Of a stretch of DNA of 64,000 nt, positions 48,052 to 58,890 are shown piece by piece. The position numbers were made by a program, and so were the translations under genes. The first letter of the stretch is position 1. Every line of letters starts with the position of its first letter. Origin of the DNA: an uncultured bacterium (lineage in GTDB: Bacteria > SAR324 > NAC60-12); the NCBI GenBank assembly GCA_964010765.1, contig CAXGMD010000003.1:4212-68211 (forward strand). Direction: 5' to 3'. The notes under the pieces were generated by a model. The model ran no database searches. It had not been told where the DNA came from and saw only the letters and a list, made by a program, of their open reading frames with translations.

Positions 48052-48100
48052 TTTGTCAAAAGATTGACTTTGTCAACTTCTTTGGCAAATCCTTTGACAC
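48052..48100. promoter_or_regulatory. Array of TTTGNCAA motifs upstream of ROK regulator
   Basis: TTTGTCAAA 48052, TTTGTCAA 48069, TTTGGCAAA 48081, TTTGACAC 48093; also TTGAC-TTT-GTCAA at 48064. Confidence 0.45.
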
Positions 48101-48130
48101 CAGCCATTTTTTCTAACAATTAGAGCCCGC

Positions 48131-49292
48131 ATGGAATATTCGCAAAACGCAAGATTGGTTCTACAGTGCCTACGACGCCACGGAGAACTGTCTCGTGCAG
48201 AAATCTCCAGGATGACAGGTTTGAGTGCACAAACCGCATCCGTGCCCATGAACAAACTATTGAAGGACGAACTGGTTGTTGAAACACACAAACGCTATGG
48301 GTCCATCAGCAAACCCGCAACCCAGATCCAACTTAATCCTCAAGGCGCTTACTCCCTGGGGATCGAGTTAGGACGTAGGATATCACCATTGTATTAGTCG
48401 ATTTCGCAGGAGTCGTGATTGATCGTGTTTTTCTACAGCAAGACCTCTCACAACCTGAGGCTGAGATGGAACTCATTCTCCAGCAAAGCAACCAATTATT
48501 TTCAAATAATCCAGGCAGTGCTCTTCGACTAGCAGGTATTGGATTGGCAGTCCCGTTTCAGTTGGAAGCATGGCACAATGAGTTAGGACTGGACCAGGAA
48601 ACATCAAACCGTCTCGCTGCTTGGGCAGGTTTGATGTTGTTGATGCGCTGGAACAGAGTTTTGGCTGCGATGTATTCATGGAAAATGATGGAACAGCCGC
48701 TGCGATAGCAGAGATGCTTTTTGGGGTTGGCAAACGAGTGAATGATTTCGTCTACCTGTTCTTGGATGTAGTGATTGGGGGAGGAGTCGTTTGTGATGGA
48801 GACATCCTACGAGGAACCAACAGCAACGCAGGAGACTTAGCTCTGATGCGGATTGGTTCTCCAGGCCAGAGTGGCTTGCTGTTAGAGCACGCCTCCTTAT
48901 TTCTACTGCTCAACAGACTAAGCAAAGCCGGAATCGAAAAACCCAAAATTACTCAACTTATTGAAGACAGTAGCGCACAGCGTCAAATTTTTGACCAGTG
49001 GGTCGAACAGGCAGTACAAGCTCTCTCCTTGGCTGTTATCAATATCCATAGTCTATTGGATACTGAAGCAGTGGAACTCGCCAGTCGGCTACCTCGTGAA
49101 CTCATGCAGTATTTTATTCAGCGGATGGAGGTCATAATGGAACAAGAGCACCAACTAGATCCGGGTCAGGATCTTCCTAAGTTGCTGGAGGGAGAAAATC
49201 GGAGTGATGTTCATGCGCTCGGTGCAGCCATGGTCCCCTACTATCATCGATATGCGACTACTTCTTCAATTCTGCCGAGGCAAACTTTCTAA
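48131..49292 (+). pseudogene. ROK-family (NagC/XylR-like) regulator split by two frameshifts
   Basis: HTH (LSRAEISRMTGLSAQT), GIGLAVP, ENDGTAAAIAE, IGGG, GDL lie in three frames; rejoined by +1 nt near 48380 and 48630. Confidence 0.8.
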
Positions 49293-49427
49293 ATACCGAC
49301 TCATCTCTCTACTTTTTGAATTTCATATATCTAATCAAAAAGAATAGGCCAGTGCCAAATAATTTAACAAATCTGCCAGCAGACCACACTAAAGACTAAC
49401 TGGGCCAGGCCTCTCTTTCCAAAGCTT

Positions 49428-50111
49428 TCACAAAGCTGTTCCCCAGCGATAGCGTAGACCCACCCCAAGTATGTTAGAGCTAGTGTTGCGAACACCGTAC
49501 AGACCATACCCAGCAGAGCGATGATGAATCCGGAATGACAACTCTGCTTCTGGAAGTTGTGGCGGAGCTAAAGTGATATCCAGCGTCAGCAAATTCATAA
49601 AGTGTTTGGAGGATCTGCCTTCGGTTCGCTCTTGATCTGGGATCTTGGAAGCGTAAGAGACTCCCTCAGCAAAGCCAATTGTGGTCTTCACATAGCGATC
49701 CCATCGAAAGTTCTTCCATCGGAATATTACAGAAGGGCCAATCTCGTTGATCACCTTCGTTTGACTTTCTCGATAGTTGATGCTCAGGGCAGCTTCTAAT
49801 TCCGTAACGTAAGGTTCCAAATAATGGAACCACCAAAGCTTCCTTGATATTCGACGTGCGACTTCCACTCCATAAACTAGCTCATCTGTGTTTGGGTACG
49901 CCAAATCCAGAGCTTTGGAAGGATCATGTGAGTCCGTATAGTTGATCAAGCCGATATCATCTAGGTTGCTTTGAGCTGTCTGTCCCTTGAACAGCAACAA
50001 CCCCCAGGCATCTTCGAAGACTTGAGCACAAACTGGTTGGACAGGCAGTAGGAAAAAGCCCAGGCCTCCCACTAGCAAAAGCAGAAGGCGAAGCTTTCGG
50101 GAGAAATACAT
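49428..50111 (-). CDS. Hypothetical outer-membrane beta-barrel, PagL/acyloxyacyl-hydrolase-like
   Basis: Signal peptide; alternating strands; FRIHHRSAG His-x-Ser; C-terminal GLRYRW. Confidence 0.55.
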   Translation of the reverse strand: MYFSRKLRLLLLLVGGLGFFLLPVQPVCAQVFEDAWGLLLFKGQTAQSNLDDIGLINYTDSHDPSKALDLAYPNTDELVYGVEVARRISRKLWWFHYLEPYVTELEAALSINYRESQTKVINEIGPSVIFRWKNFRWDRYVKTTIGFAEGVSYASKIPDQERTEGRSSKHFMNLLTLDITLAPPQLPEAELSFRIHHRSAGYGLYGVRNTSSNILGVGLRYRWGTAL

Positions 50112-50142
50112 GTAAGAAGAGAAGTGTCTTCGTAGGTAGGAC

Positions 50143-51663
50143 TTACTCAGGCAAATGGAAAGTTTTCAGTTTTTCTTCGGAGTACTCTTCACGATCATCA
50201 TAGCACTTCTTTAACGCCTGCTGCGATACAGAAAGCACCTTAAACTCTTCAGATTCCTGATCCAATTTTCCTTCGGTGTCATAGTTATCCATGAACTTCA
50301 TCAGTCCTCCAGCCCCCTGGAAGTCTTTGAAATACACTTTGAGCCTAAAGAGCAGTAGACAAGCCTTGATGATCTCGACCTTATCCAGTTGTTCAAAAAT
50401 TGGTTCGAGCCATTCAATGACTTTCTTCAGTGCTGACTTGGCTTCATCGATTCGACCTGCCTCCGAGAGCATTTCAGCTTTCACCATATTCAGTGAGGCC
50501 ATTTTACGCACGTTGGCATACGGTGTGTCTGCAACCTCCGACAATCGTTTATGGGTCTCTATCGCTAAATCATAGCTGAGCAATGCCATCTCAAGATCTC
50601 GTTCTTCACTGATGAATGCTGCTGGATCTTTAATTTTCTCTCGCAAGCTCTGCATTCGATCTTCCCATCCTTCCTGAAACTGTTCTACGTTGAAGGGAGC
50701 GTTCCGGTTAGACTGTGAGCGGAAATTCTCCAAAATATTGGTAGAGAATCCGCAGCTAGTACAACTCGTCACGTCCAGCAAATTAAAATCGCAGAAATCC
50801 ATCGATCCGGAAGGGCTTAGGTACTTTGGAATCCCAAAAATATTCTGCTTGGTAATCATGCTCCTGGCACGCAAAGACCAAAAATGAACAGCATCATTGC
50901 CGCAAGCAAAACAGTTAACGATACGTCCAGTCAGTGAGGATTTCTTCGGTGTGAGCCGATCATTAACTGTTGTGACCTCATAACGATCTGGGAAGAGGAT
51001 TTGAAGAATACCGTGTTGGTCCCCCAGTCGCTGGACGATGTCCACACGAATCGAGACGCTCTTCTCATCCCACTTTTCCTGGCGTTGTCCGGTCACCCTG
51101 CCTTCAACACGATCATAGAATTCTTCCTCTGAACCTGATTTAGAAATCTGGATATAGACCGGCATATTGGGAACCATCGCCCGAGGGTTCCGGAAAGTAC
51201 AACGGGACTCTGAGAGCGAAGTGAGTCGTACTAGAGAGGCATTCTTACCAGCAGAGATTTTTGCCAGTGGTTTGGTTGCTTCCAGCATTGACCTTGCTGT
51301 CTTCCATAGCTTTGTGAGGATATTGCTGGTGAAGCCCAACAGACCGCCCGCATAGACGAAAAAGGTGATCTCTGTCTCTGACATTTTCCCATCTACAACC
51401 ATCAACTCCGCAAGATACTTGAGGATAATGAATGATTGCTTAGGATCAATTTTTCGCGCTTCCAGCGATGGAGTCTTGCCTTGGCGCACAACAGCCATGA
51501 TGCCGTTTACCTGATCACGATCTTCTAGAAAAGAAATAGCCTCCTTGAGAAATTCGAGTTCTGAGTCATCAACTCGACCATCGGCCACAATCATGCCGGC
51601 AATAGCCCGTGCAAACCAAATTTTCTCCTCGATGGACATGGCTTCGGTGTTAGGCAATTCCAT
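50143..51663 (-). CDS. TerB-like + beta-domain + DUF2225-like Zn-ribbon/helical protein
   Basis: ADGRVDDSE, VDGKMSETE; CFACG and CTSCG pairs; helical TPR-like C-terminus; AGGAG RBS. Confidence 0.8.
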   Translation of the reverse strand: MELPNTEAMSIEEKIWFARAIAGMIVADGRVDDSELEFLKEAISFLEDRDQVNGIMAVVRQGKTPSLEARKIDPKQSFIILKYLAELMVVDGKMSETEITFFVYAGGLLGFTSNILTKLWKTARSMLEATKPLAKISAGKNASLVRLTSLSESRCTFRNPRAMVPNMPVYIQISKSGSEEEFYDRVEGRVTGQRQEKWDEKSVSIRVDIVQRLGDQHGILQILFPDRYEVTTVNDRLTPKKSSLTGRIVNCFACGNDAVHFWSLRARSMITKQNIFGIPKYLSPSGSMDFCDFNLLDVTSCTSCGFSTNILENFRSQSNRNAPFNVEQFQEGWEDRMQSLREKIKDPAAFISEERDLEMALLSYDLAIETHKRLSEVADTPYANVRKMASLNMVKAEMLSEAGRIDEAKSALKKVIEWLEPIFEQLDKVEIIKACLLLFRLKVYFKDFQGAGGLMKFMDNYDTEGKLDQESEEFKVLSVSQQALKKCYDDREEYSEEKLKTFHLPE

Positions 51664-51794
51664 GGGATTTCTCTCCTTTCGTGATTACAGAATAAGCATC
51701 TATGAGCCGCAAAGCTCATAGCAAACAACAATTTTTTAAGTTGAGCAAGAGTAACCCCATCTTTGGGGAGACGCAAAGAAAAAGCTGTATAACC

Positions 51795-52679
51795 TTAGAA
51801 CTTGCCAGCTTCCCGGAAAGCAAAGGCGCTCCAACCTTCTGCCTCTGTCGAAGCACAAATACACAGTCCATATTTCGCTAAGGCAGTTGCGAGCGGTACC
51901 TCCTGCTCTATCAGAAGACCGCTACAAATCAGGGTTCCACCAGCAGCTGTCAATCTTGCCAAATCTACCACCGCAGATTTTAGTTCCTCTAACAACATAT
52001 TGCTGATTACCAGTGGCCCCGGTTCGTCAATAACGTTGGCCGTACCAACGACACCCCAAAAACATTGCTCCTGCTGATTCAATTCAAAATTGTGAAGGGC
52101 CTCTGGCAGGACTACCGGATCATTGTCACAAGCTACAATTTTTGAAATTCCAAGACGAGTCGCAGCCAAACCAAGAATGCCCGACCCTGTACCCACATCA
52201 ACAAGACTGGCCGGCACCTGAGCTTCCTGCAAAATAACCAGTTCGAGCATCTCTAGTGCCAAGCGAGTGGAGACGTGGGTTCCTGTTCCAAACGCTTGTC
52301 CTGGCTCCAGCCAGATTACCTGACGATTCTCAGGCAGGTCTTTTTCGTACCAGACAGGTGCAATCAATAGAGTTCGACCGATTTCTACAGGCTGAAAATG
52401 ATCATGCCAACCTAAACGCCAATTTTCATTTGGGCAGAGTCGATGCTCCACTAACTCTAGTTTTCCAACTGCTTTTGGATACTCGTTCCGAAAACGAGAA
52501 ATCCACTCATCAAGTTTTTGTGGTTCGGTCAGGTAGCATTTCAGTCTTTGTTCGCCATCAGCTTCTTGAAGAATCTCACAGCCTGCTGCCCCCTGTTCAA
52601 AGCAAAAGCCTGTCCAGAGATCTGCTAGTTCTTCTGCCATGCTGAATACACCTTCCTGGTAGTTCTCCAAACTAGTCAC
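51795..52679 (-). CDS. prmA: Ribosomal protein L11 methyltransferase
   Basis: LEPGQAFGTGTH, VDVGTGSGILG, CDND, LICSGLL. Confidence 0.9.
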   Translation of the reverse strand: MTSLENYQEGVFSMAEELADLWTGFCFEQGAAGCEILQEADGEQRLKCYLTEPQKLDEWISRFRNEYPKAVGKLELVEHRLCPNENWRLGWHDHFQPVEIGRTLLIAPVWYEKDLPENRQVIWLEPGQAFGTGTHVSTRLALEMLELVILQEAQVPASLVDVGTGSGILGLAATRLGISKIVACDNDPVVLPEALHNFELNQQEQCFWGVVGTANVIDEPGPLVISNMLLEELKSAVVDLARLTAAGGTLICSGLLIEQEVPLATALAKYGLCICASTEAEGWSAFAFREAGKF

Positions 52680-52945
52680 TCGCGCGTCTTGTCAAGATAG
52701 ACTTTAAAACCATCCTCCAAGAGTCCTCGTAAACGCGGATCTTTTTTTTCCTCTGCCGACTTGCATTGCTGACAGCGGCAGCTTACATGATGTGTCTTTT
52801 GGAATCGTTTGATACGCACCCGAGTCAGGTCTTTTCCCTCCGTTTGCATCTGACGCAGCACCTTCTCCACTTGTTCCATGACCTTGTGCAGAACAATTTC
52901 CTCGTGCTTTGGGAAACCACGTTCTGTGGATTTACGGCCGAACAT
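52676..52945 (-). CDS. Small hypothetical protein with HHxxCxCxxC
   Basis: Overlaps both neighbours; basic; THHVSCRCQQCK. Confidence 0.6.
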   Translation of the reverse strand: MFGRKSTERGFPKHEEIVLHKVMEQVEKVLRQMQTEGKDLTRVRIKRFQKTHHVSCRCQQCKSAEEKKDPRLRGLLEDGFKVYLDKTRE

Positions 52946-54119
52946 TTGCCTCTCCTGTTACCAGTTGGGACTGTAAGTGTTGCCAGCTTTGCTCGTAAAC
53001 TGACAATGTCTGCTCTAGCAATTTATTCGGATCAAAACGTTCCAAAGACTGCTGACGGGCATTCTTACCGAACTCTGAAATGCGTTCTGGACTTTCTAGC
53101 ATCCACTCCAGAATTTCGGCCAGGGCTTCAGCACTCTTGTCTTTCGCGATCCGGCCTGTGACACCATCCTGAATGATCTCAGGTAGAGCTCCGGTAGGAA
53201 AAGCAATCACAGGCTTCCCTACAGAGAAAAATTCAACAGCCACACGACAAATCACTTCAGAATCAACAGAGCTTACTACACCAATGTCAGTGTGACGCAT
53301 AATTTCCAGAACATCCTCGCGATAACCATACAAGTAGACGCTCTGCTGGAGATTCGATTCAACCAAATCTTGCAAAAGCCCTTGCCATTCTGCCTCCGTC
53401 TCATTCGTGTCTCGATAGAGCATCAGCAGCACTATGTCTGGGAAACGCTTTCTTAGTGTAGCAAAACTTTTTAGAAGAATCCTTTGCCCCTTGACTGGCC
53501 GAATACGCCCGACAATACCAATGACTCGACATTGCCTTGGGATACCTAATCGATCAAGACACTCTAATCGAGATTGTTGAGCTTCACTTTCTCCCTGTGA
53601 ATCAATCGAACTTGGGTTAACAGGATAGTAGATGACCTGCAGACGCTCTGATGGAAGATTGAGGATCTGGCGAAGTTGGGAAGCGATCACCTGTGCAGGC
53701 ACAATCACGGACTCAATCCAATCCTCATGTAACTTACGATTTAGCCAATGATCACGAAGTGGTCGAGTTGTACCGCGAGTACGGATTAACGCAAAACTTT
53801 TCAGCCGTTGCCGAAGCAACACGAGCAGGGGGAATCCCTCAGATCGGTGAGCATTGACAATCTGAATCTGCTGTTCCTCAATCAGGGATTGCAACCGTCG
53901 GTAGGCCCGCCAAAGTTGCCAGGGATTTGAAGAACTAAGTGGGATATCCGTAATGATTGGCAGGTTCCAATTACGCAGCTTGGTCTCATTCAAGGAATTG
54001 GGGAGGGTCAGTACCCAAACTTTATGCCCAGCATTCAGTAGTTCTCTTGCAAGGGTAGCTGCATAGGCGGCCTCCGCATTCCACCAGCGAACGTTGCTGG
54101 TGATCAGGATCCGCATCAA
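52932..54119 (-). CDS. Glycosyltransferase family 4
   Basis: VNAHRS, IVGRIRPVKG, SSVDSEVICRVAVE, GALPEII. Confidence 0.9.
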   Translation of the reverse strand: MMRILITSNVRWWNAEAAYAATLARELLNAGHKVWVLTLPNSLNETKLRNWNLPIITDIPLSSSNPWQLWRAYRRLQSLIEEQQIQIVNAHRSEGFPLLVLLRQRLKSFALIRTRGTTRPLRDHWLNRKLHEDWIESVIVPAQVIASQLRQILNLPSERLQVIYYPVNPSSIDSQGESEAQQSRLECLDRLGIPRQCRVIGIVGRIRPVKGQRILLKSFATLRKRFPDIVLLMLYRDTNETEAEWQGLLQDLVESNLQQSVYLYGYREDVLEIMRHTDIGVVSSVDSEVICRVAVEFFSVGKPVIAFPTGALPEIIQDGVTGRIAKDKSAEALAEILEWMLESPERISEFGKNARQQSLERFDPNKLLEQTLSVYEQSWQHLQSQLVTGEANVRP

Positions 54120-54122
54120 TCC

Positions 54123-55514
54123 CTAGAAATCGGCATGGCCAGGCACTCGTGGGAAGGGGATCACGTCACGGATGTTCTTCATACCTGTCACGAATTGAAC
54201 AATCCGCTCAAAGCCAAGACCAAAACCGGAGTGAGGCACAGAACCGTAGCGACGCAGATCTAGATACCAACCATATTCTTCCTCCGGCAAATCTAACTCG
54301 CGGAGACGCTTTTGTAATTGTTCAAGGTTGTCTTCACGCTGGGAACCTCCGATGATCTCCCCAATTCTTGGAAACAAGACATCCATTGCCGCCACTGTGC
54401 GATCATCTGGATTCTGCTTCATATAGAATGCTTTGATGTCACGTGGGTAGTCTGTCAAAACGACGGGGCAGCCATAGTGCTGCTCTGTCAGATAACGTTC
54501 ATGTTCTGACTGTAGGTCTGCACCCCATTCTACTGGAAACTCGAAGGGCTGTTTTGATTGCTGGAGGATCTCAACCGCTTCCGTATAAGACACGGTCTGG
54601 AATTCGGATGAAACGATGTGCTCCAACGTTGCACAAAGCTCTGAATCATACATCTTCTGCAGGAATGCCAAGTCTTCTGAGTGGCGTTCGAGGCAATTGC
54701 TGAGCAGGAATTTTAGGAAGTCAGTAGCTAGTTGAACCAGATCTGGCAACTCGCAGAAAGCCACCTCTGGCTCAATCATCCAAAACTCTGCAAGATGCCG
54801 GGATGTATTGGAATTTTCTGCACGAAACGTTGGTCCAAAGGTGTAGACATCGCCAAACGAGCACGCGAATGCCTCTACATTCAACTGGCCTGACACTGTC
54901 AAGAATACAGGACGACCAAAGAAGTCAGCGCTGTAGCCGGGCTTACTCTGAGAAGTTAGGGGTAGTCGTTGATCTAGTGGCAGAGTCGTAACTTGAAACA
55001 ATGCCCCTGCCCCTTCTGTGTCGCTGGCAGTGATGATTGGTGTGTGAATGTAAAGAAATCCACGTTCCTGAAAGAAACGATGGACCGCATCAGCAAGTGT
55101 ATTCCTGATTCTGAAGACAGCACCAAAAGTATTGGTTCGTGGTCGGAGGTGGGCAATTTCGCGCAGGAATTCGAGGGTGTGACCTTTTTTTTGGAGTGGG
55201 TAGTCCTCTCCCGGTGACCTGCCGTAGATTCGGATTTGCTGAGCTTGTATTTCGAAAGTTTGTCCCTTGCCAGGAGACTCAACCAGTTGGCCAATCACTT
55301 CAACCGCGGAGCCCGTTGTTAATTTGGCGATCTCTTCGTAACCGGGCAACTCTGCATCAGCAATAATTTGGATTCCTGACTGTGTCGAGCCATCATTCAA
55401 ATTGAGGAAAGAAAATTTCTTTGAATTTCTTACTGTTCGTAGCCAACCTCGTAGACAAATCTCCTGACCAACCAAATCTGAAGACAGCGCTGCCAGACGA
55501 GTCCGTTGACTCAT
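54123..55514 (-). CDS. asnS: Asparagine--tRNA ligase
   Basis: [54 protein letters not shown]. Confidence 0.97.
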   Translation of the reverse strand: MSQRTRLAALSSDLVGQEICLRGWLRTVRNSKKFSFLNLNDGSTQSGIQIIADAELPGYEEIAKLTTGSAVEVIGQLVESPGKGQTFEIQAQQIRIYGRSPGEDYPLQKKGHTLEFLREIAHLRPRTNTFGAVFRIRNTLADAVHRFFQERGFLYIHTPIITASDTEGAGALFQVTTLPLDQRLPLTSQSKPGYSADFFGRPVFLTVSGQLNVEAFACSFGDVYTFGPTFRAENSNTSRHLAEFWMIEPEVAFCELPDLVQLATDFLKFLLSNCLERHSEDLAFLQKMYDSELCATLEHIVSSEFQTVSYTEAVEILQQSKQPFEFPVEWGADLQSEHERYLTEQHYGCPVVLTDYPRDIKAFYMKQNPDDRTVAAMDVLFPRIGEIIGGSQREDNLEQLQKRLRELDLPEEEYGWYLDLRRYGSVPHSGFGLGFERIVQFVTGMKNIRDVIPFPRVPGHADF

Positions 55515-56863
55515 AGCATGCCCCGCAGTTTCTTAGACACATCAATCTCAATACTCTCGACCAGGCCCGACAATTCTTTGACGTCCATCAACATGCTCTT
55601 GCGATCCGGCATGATTGCGTAAAGGTACTTGACGTACTCGGGCAGCATCTTCAAATAGACCTGATTTCGGTCAAAGCGAATTTGCTTACTCAGGAAAAGC
55701 TCCAGTTGTCCTCTGGACATGTGCTTAAAGACATCAATGAAACCTGTTGAGCAGGTCTCTAACTCCTTACTGACATCTTTTGGATAGAAGTCCGAAAACC
55801 GCTTACGAGAAGTCATGATTCTAGAAAACAGAAGCATCGTGATACAGACCACTGTACCGTTCACCCAATCAATCCCGTACATCCCCAAATATCCGATTAA
55901 GAAATAGCATGCACCGATGATTGAACCCGTCAACTGAAGAGCAAGACGCACTCTTTCCACAGCCAAGAACTTGAAATTATATTTGCGCTCTTTGACGAAA
56001 AACCCGAGGCCGTCTGTGAAACTGTCAACCCCCATCACCAACTCTTCTGCTGAAGCCAGTCGATTCTGGAGTTCTGTCTCAAGTTGTTTCTTTTTCTCGG
56101 CTGCGCGCGCATTAAGAATTTCCTGGGAGACATAACGCTTCGTAGCCTTCAGTTTCTCGACCAGCACTCCAAGGAATTCGAATGGGTTCTCCGAACTCAT
56201 CTGGTTTTGCTTGAACTGTGACTTAGCCTGTAGATAGTTGATGACCTCATCATAAAGGCGCAGGCGTTTCTTGCGTGCCTTCTTAGAACCTGTACGGCCA
56301 CTGCGAGCCTCATACTCCGCATCTTCCTGAGCTTCAATGACCATTTCCTTGCGAATCAGAAGCGTAAAGATTTCGGAACAGACGTCACCATGATTTTTGT
56401 TCATGTCGAACATCTTGGAGAAGATCTCACATATCACATAACTGGTTCCCGAAAATTTGCGATCACCAATCTCTACGTCTGACTTCTCCATGTTGTAGAA
56501 AGACTCCAACAGGTAGTCGAGCATGTCCTGTACGTAGCCAACGTAGTCCTCCGTGTTGACACTTTCATTGATGAGAGCCACCCAACTGAGAGCTGCAAAA
56601 CGCTGTGTCTGCTCGTTGTCGAGCAGCATCTCGAGGGCATCAATGAAGTAGGGAAGCTTCTTGAGTGTATTCGTACTGGTGTAAACAAAGTCAGAGACCG
56701 TGACAGCTGCCGCTTTTGGATCTACCTCTTTCTCAAAAAGAACGACCATTCGGGTCGCTAGATCTTTGGCAAAACTCTCCGGAATCGCATCCTCGTCAGG
56801 CCCTCCGGCCCCTTCACCTTCTTCATCCAGAAGATCATCATCAAAATCAGTATCTTCTCGCAT
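55511..56863 (-). CDS. Conserved-looking hypothetical protein: acidic N-terminus, helical domain, coiled coil, two TMs
   Basis: 450-aa ORF; ATGA overlap with asnS; no family recognised. Confidence 0.8.
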   Translation of the reverse strand: MREDTDFDDDLLDEEGEGAGGPDEDAIPESFAKDLATRMVVLFEKEVDPKAAAVTVSDFVYTSTNTLKKLPYFIDALEMLLDNEQTQRFAALSWVALINESVNTEDYVGYVQDMLDYLLESFYNMEKSDVEIGDRKFSGTSYVICEIFSKMFDMNKNHGDVCSEIFTLLIRKEMVIEAQEDAEYEARSGRTGSKKARKKRLRLYDEVINYLQAKSQFKQNQMSSENPFEFLGVLVEKLKATKRYVSQEILNARAAEKKKQLETELQNRLASAEELVMGVDSFTDGLGFFVKERKYNFKFLAVERVRLALQLTGSIIGACYFLIGYLGMYGIDWVNGTVVCITMLLFSRIMTSRKRFSDFYPKDVSKELETCSTGFIDVFKHMSRGQLELFLSKQIRFDRNQVYLKMLPEYVKYLYAIMPDRKSMLMDVKELSGLVESIEIDVSKKLRGML

Positions 56864-56898
56864 ACTTCCTCATGTTCAGCACATGTATGGAATTGGCT

Positions 56899-58842
56899 TT
56901 ATCGCAAAGCTGGTGGTGTCGATTCCGCTTGCAATTGAACTAAAAAATCTTCGAAGAGTAACGTCTGTTGCTCTTTAGAACCTAGTCGCCGAACCGTCAC
57001 AGTTTTTTCTTCGGCCTCTCGTCTTCCTAGTGCTAGTAGTACCGGCACTTTCTGTAGGCTGTGTTCTCGAACTTTGTAGCTAATTTTCTCATTGCGCAAA
57101 TCAACCTCAGCGCGCAGGCCCGCAGCCAATAGTTGGTTTTGCAAATCCAGTGCATAGTCATTGGCTTCTGTGACGATCGTTGCCAAGACAGCCTGTGTCG
57201 GAGCCAGCCACAGTGGGAAGCGTCCGGCAAACTGTTCAACCAAAATACCCAAAAACCTCTCAAAGGAACCAAGAATCGCACGGTGCAGCATCACAGGTCG
57301 ATAACGCTGTCCATCTTCTGCGACATAGCTTGCATCCAGGCGTTCTGGCAAAACAAAATCCACTTGCAGAGTTCCACATTGCCAATCCCGACCGATTGCA
57401 TCACGCAACACGAACTCTAGTTTTGGCCCATAGAAGGCACCTTCTCCTGGATTCAGAGTGTAATCCTGACCAGCAGTTCTTGTTGCTGCTAGCAGCGCTG
57501 ATTCTGCACGATCCCAAATCTCATCAGAACCAGCACGAACCTCAGGTCGGTCTGAAAATTTTACGTGGAAACTTTCGAAGCCAAAGTCCTGGTAGATTGT
57601 CGAGAGCAATTCAATAAAAGCCTTGGTTTCTCCTTCAATCTGGCTCTCTGTGCAGAAGATGTGCGCATCATCCTGAGTAAAAGCACGTACGCGCATCAAC
57701 CCGTGTAGCGCTCCATGTGGTTCATAACGATGGCAAGAACCAAACTCGGCAAGACGTAACGGCAGGTCACGGTAGCTCTTGATCCCCTGGCGGAAGATCT
57801 GCACATGCCCTGGACAGTTCATAGGTTTGAGAGCCAAAGAGCGCTGATCCTCGCTATGTCCTTTGCCACCTTCATCCACTTCGGCAATGAACATATGCTC
57901 CCGAAATTTTTCCCAATGGCCTGATTTCTCCCAGAGCAATCGGTCCACTAACTGTGGGGTCTTAACCTCTACATAGCCTGCTTTTTCCAACCGCTGACGC
58001 ATGTACTGCTCACAAATTCTGTACAACGTCCAGCCCTTTGGATGCCAGAATACAGATCCCAAAGCCTCGTCTTGGAAATGAAACAACCCCATCTCACGAC
58101 CAAGTCGTCGATGATCTCGCCGCTCTGCTTCCTCCAGTTGATGCAGATAGCCATTGAGTTCTTTCTCATTGGACCAAGCGGTGCCATAGATGCGTTGAAG
58201 CATCGCGTTCTCAGACTTCCCACGCCAATAGGCTCCTGCCAGTTTCATTAACTTAAAGCCCTGCCCCAAACGGCCTGTTGAAGGTAGGTGGGGCCCTCGA
58301 CATAAGTCGATGAACTCTCCCTGGCGATAGAGGGAGATCACCTCATCTTCTGGGAGATCACGAATGATTTGTGCCTTGTAAGTCTCTCCTTGCTCTTCAA
58401 AAAAAGTGATCGCTACGTCCCGCTCCCAGACCTCTCTTTGAATAGAGATATCTTCTTTCACTAACTCTCGCATCCGGTCTTCAATCCGTTCCAAATCATC
58501 AGGAGTGAAAGACTCTTCACGAGCAAAATCATAATAGAACCCATTCTCAATCACCGGACCAATAGTGACCTGAGTTTCTGGGTAGAGTTCTTTAACAGCC
58601 TGGGCCATCACATGTGCCGCATCATGGCGCAGCAACTCTACGCCATCGGGCTGAGTTCGTGTTACAATTTCGATCTGTGCCTGATTGGGCAATTCTAGAT
58701 AAATATCACTAAGCTGTTCATTGATACGAACAGCCACTGCATCTTGTGCTAAGCGGCGACCGATGCTGTTAGCCAGGTCCAATCCTGTAGCACCTTCAGG
58801 CAATTGACGGGATGAACCATCGGGCAAGAAAACTTCAATCAT
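56899..58842 (-). CDS. thrS: Threonine--tRNA ligase
   Basis: TGS domain, [46 protein letters not shown]. Confidence 0.98.
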   Translation of the reverse strand: MIEVFLPDGSSRQLPEGATGLDLANSIGRRLAQDAVAVRINEQLSDIYLELPNQAQIEIVTRTQPDGVELLRHDAAHVMAQAVKELYPETQVTIGPVIENGFYYDFAREESFTPDDLERIEDRMRELVKEDISIQREVWERDVAITFFEEQGETYKAQIIRDLPEDEVISLYRQGEFIDLCRGPHLPSTGRLGQGFKLMKLAGAYWRGKSENAMLQRIYGTAWSNEKELNGYLHQLEEAERRDHRRLGREMGLFHFQDEALGSVFWHPKGWTLYRICEQYMRQRLEKAGYVEVKTPQLVDRLLWEKSGHWEKFREHMFIAEVDEGGKGHSEDQRSLALKPMNCPGHVQIFRQGIKSYRDLPLRLAEFGSCHRYEPHGALHGLMRVRAFTQDDAHIFCTESQIEGETKAFIELLSTIYQDFGFESFHVKFSDRPEVRAGSDEIWDRAESALLAATRTAGQDYTLNPGEGAFYGPKLEFVLRDAIGRDWQCGTLQVDFVLPERLDASYVAEDGQRYRPVMLHRAILGSFERFLGILVEQFAGRFPLWLAPTQAVLATIVTEANDYALDLQNQLLAAGLRAEVDLRNEKISYKVREHSLQKVPVLLALGRREAEEKTVTVRRLGSKEQQTLLFEDFLVQLQAESTPPALR

Positions 58843-58890
58843 GGAAAAATATTATTGCGGGCTATTGGGGAAAATATCGTTGTGATCTGG

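Noticed and set aside
51700-51790. c-di-GMP-I riboswitch-like words (GCAAAC, GACGCAAAG) and two hairpins
   Set aside because: Words are on the + strand while both flanking genes are minus; P1/P2 pairing cannot be built.
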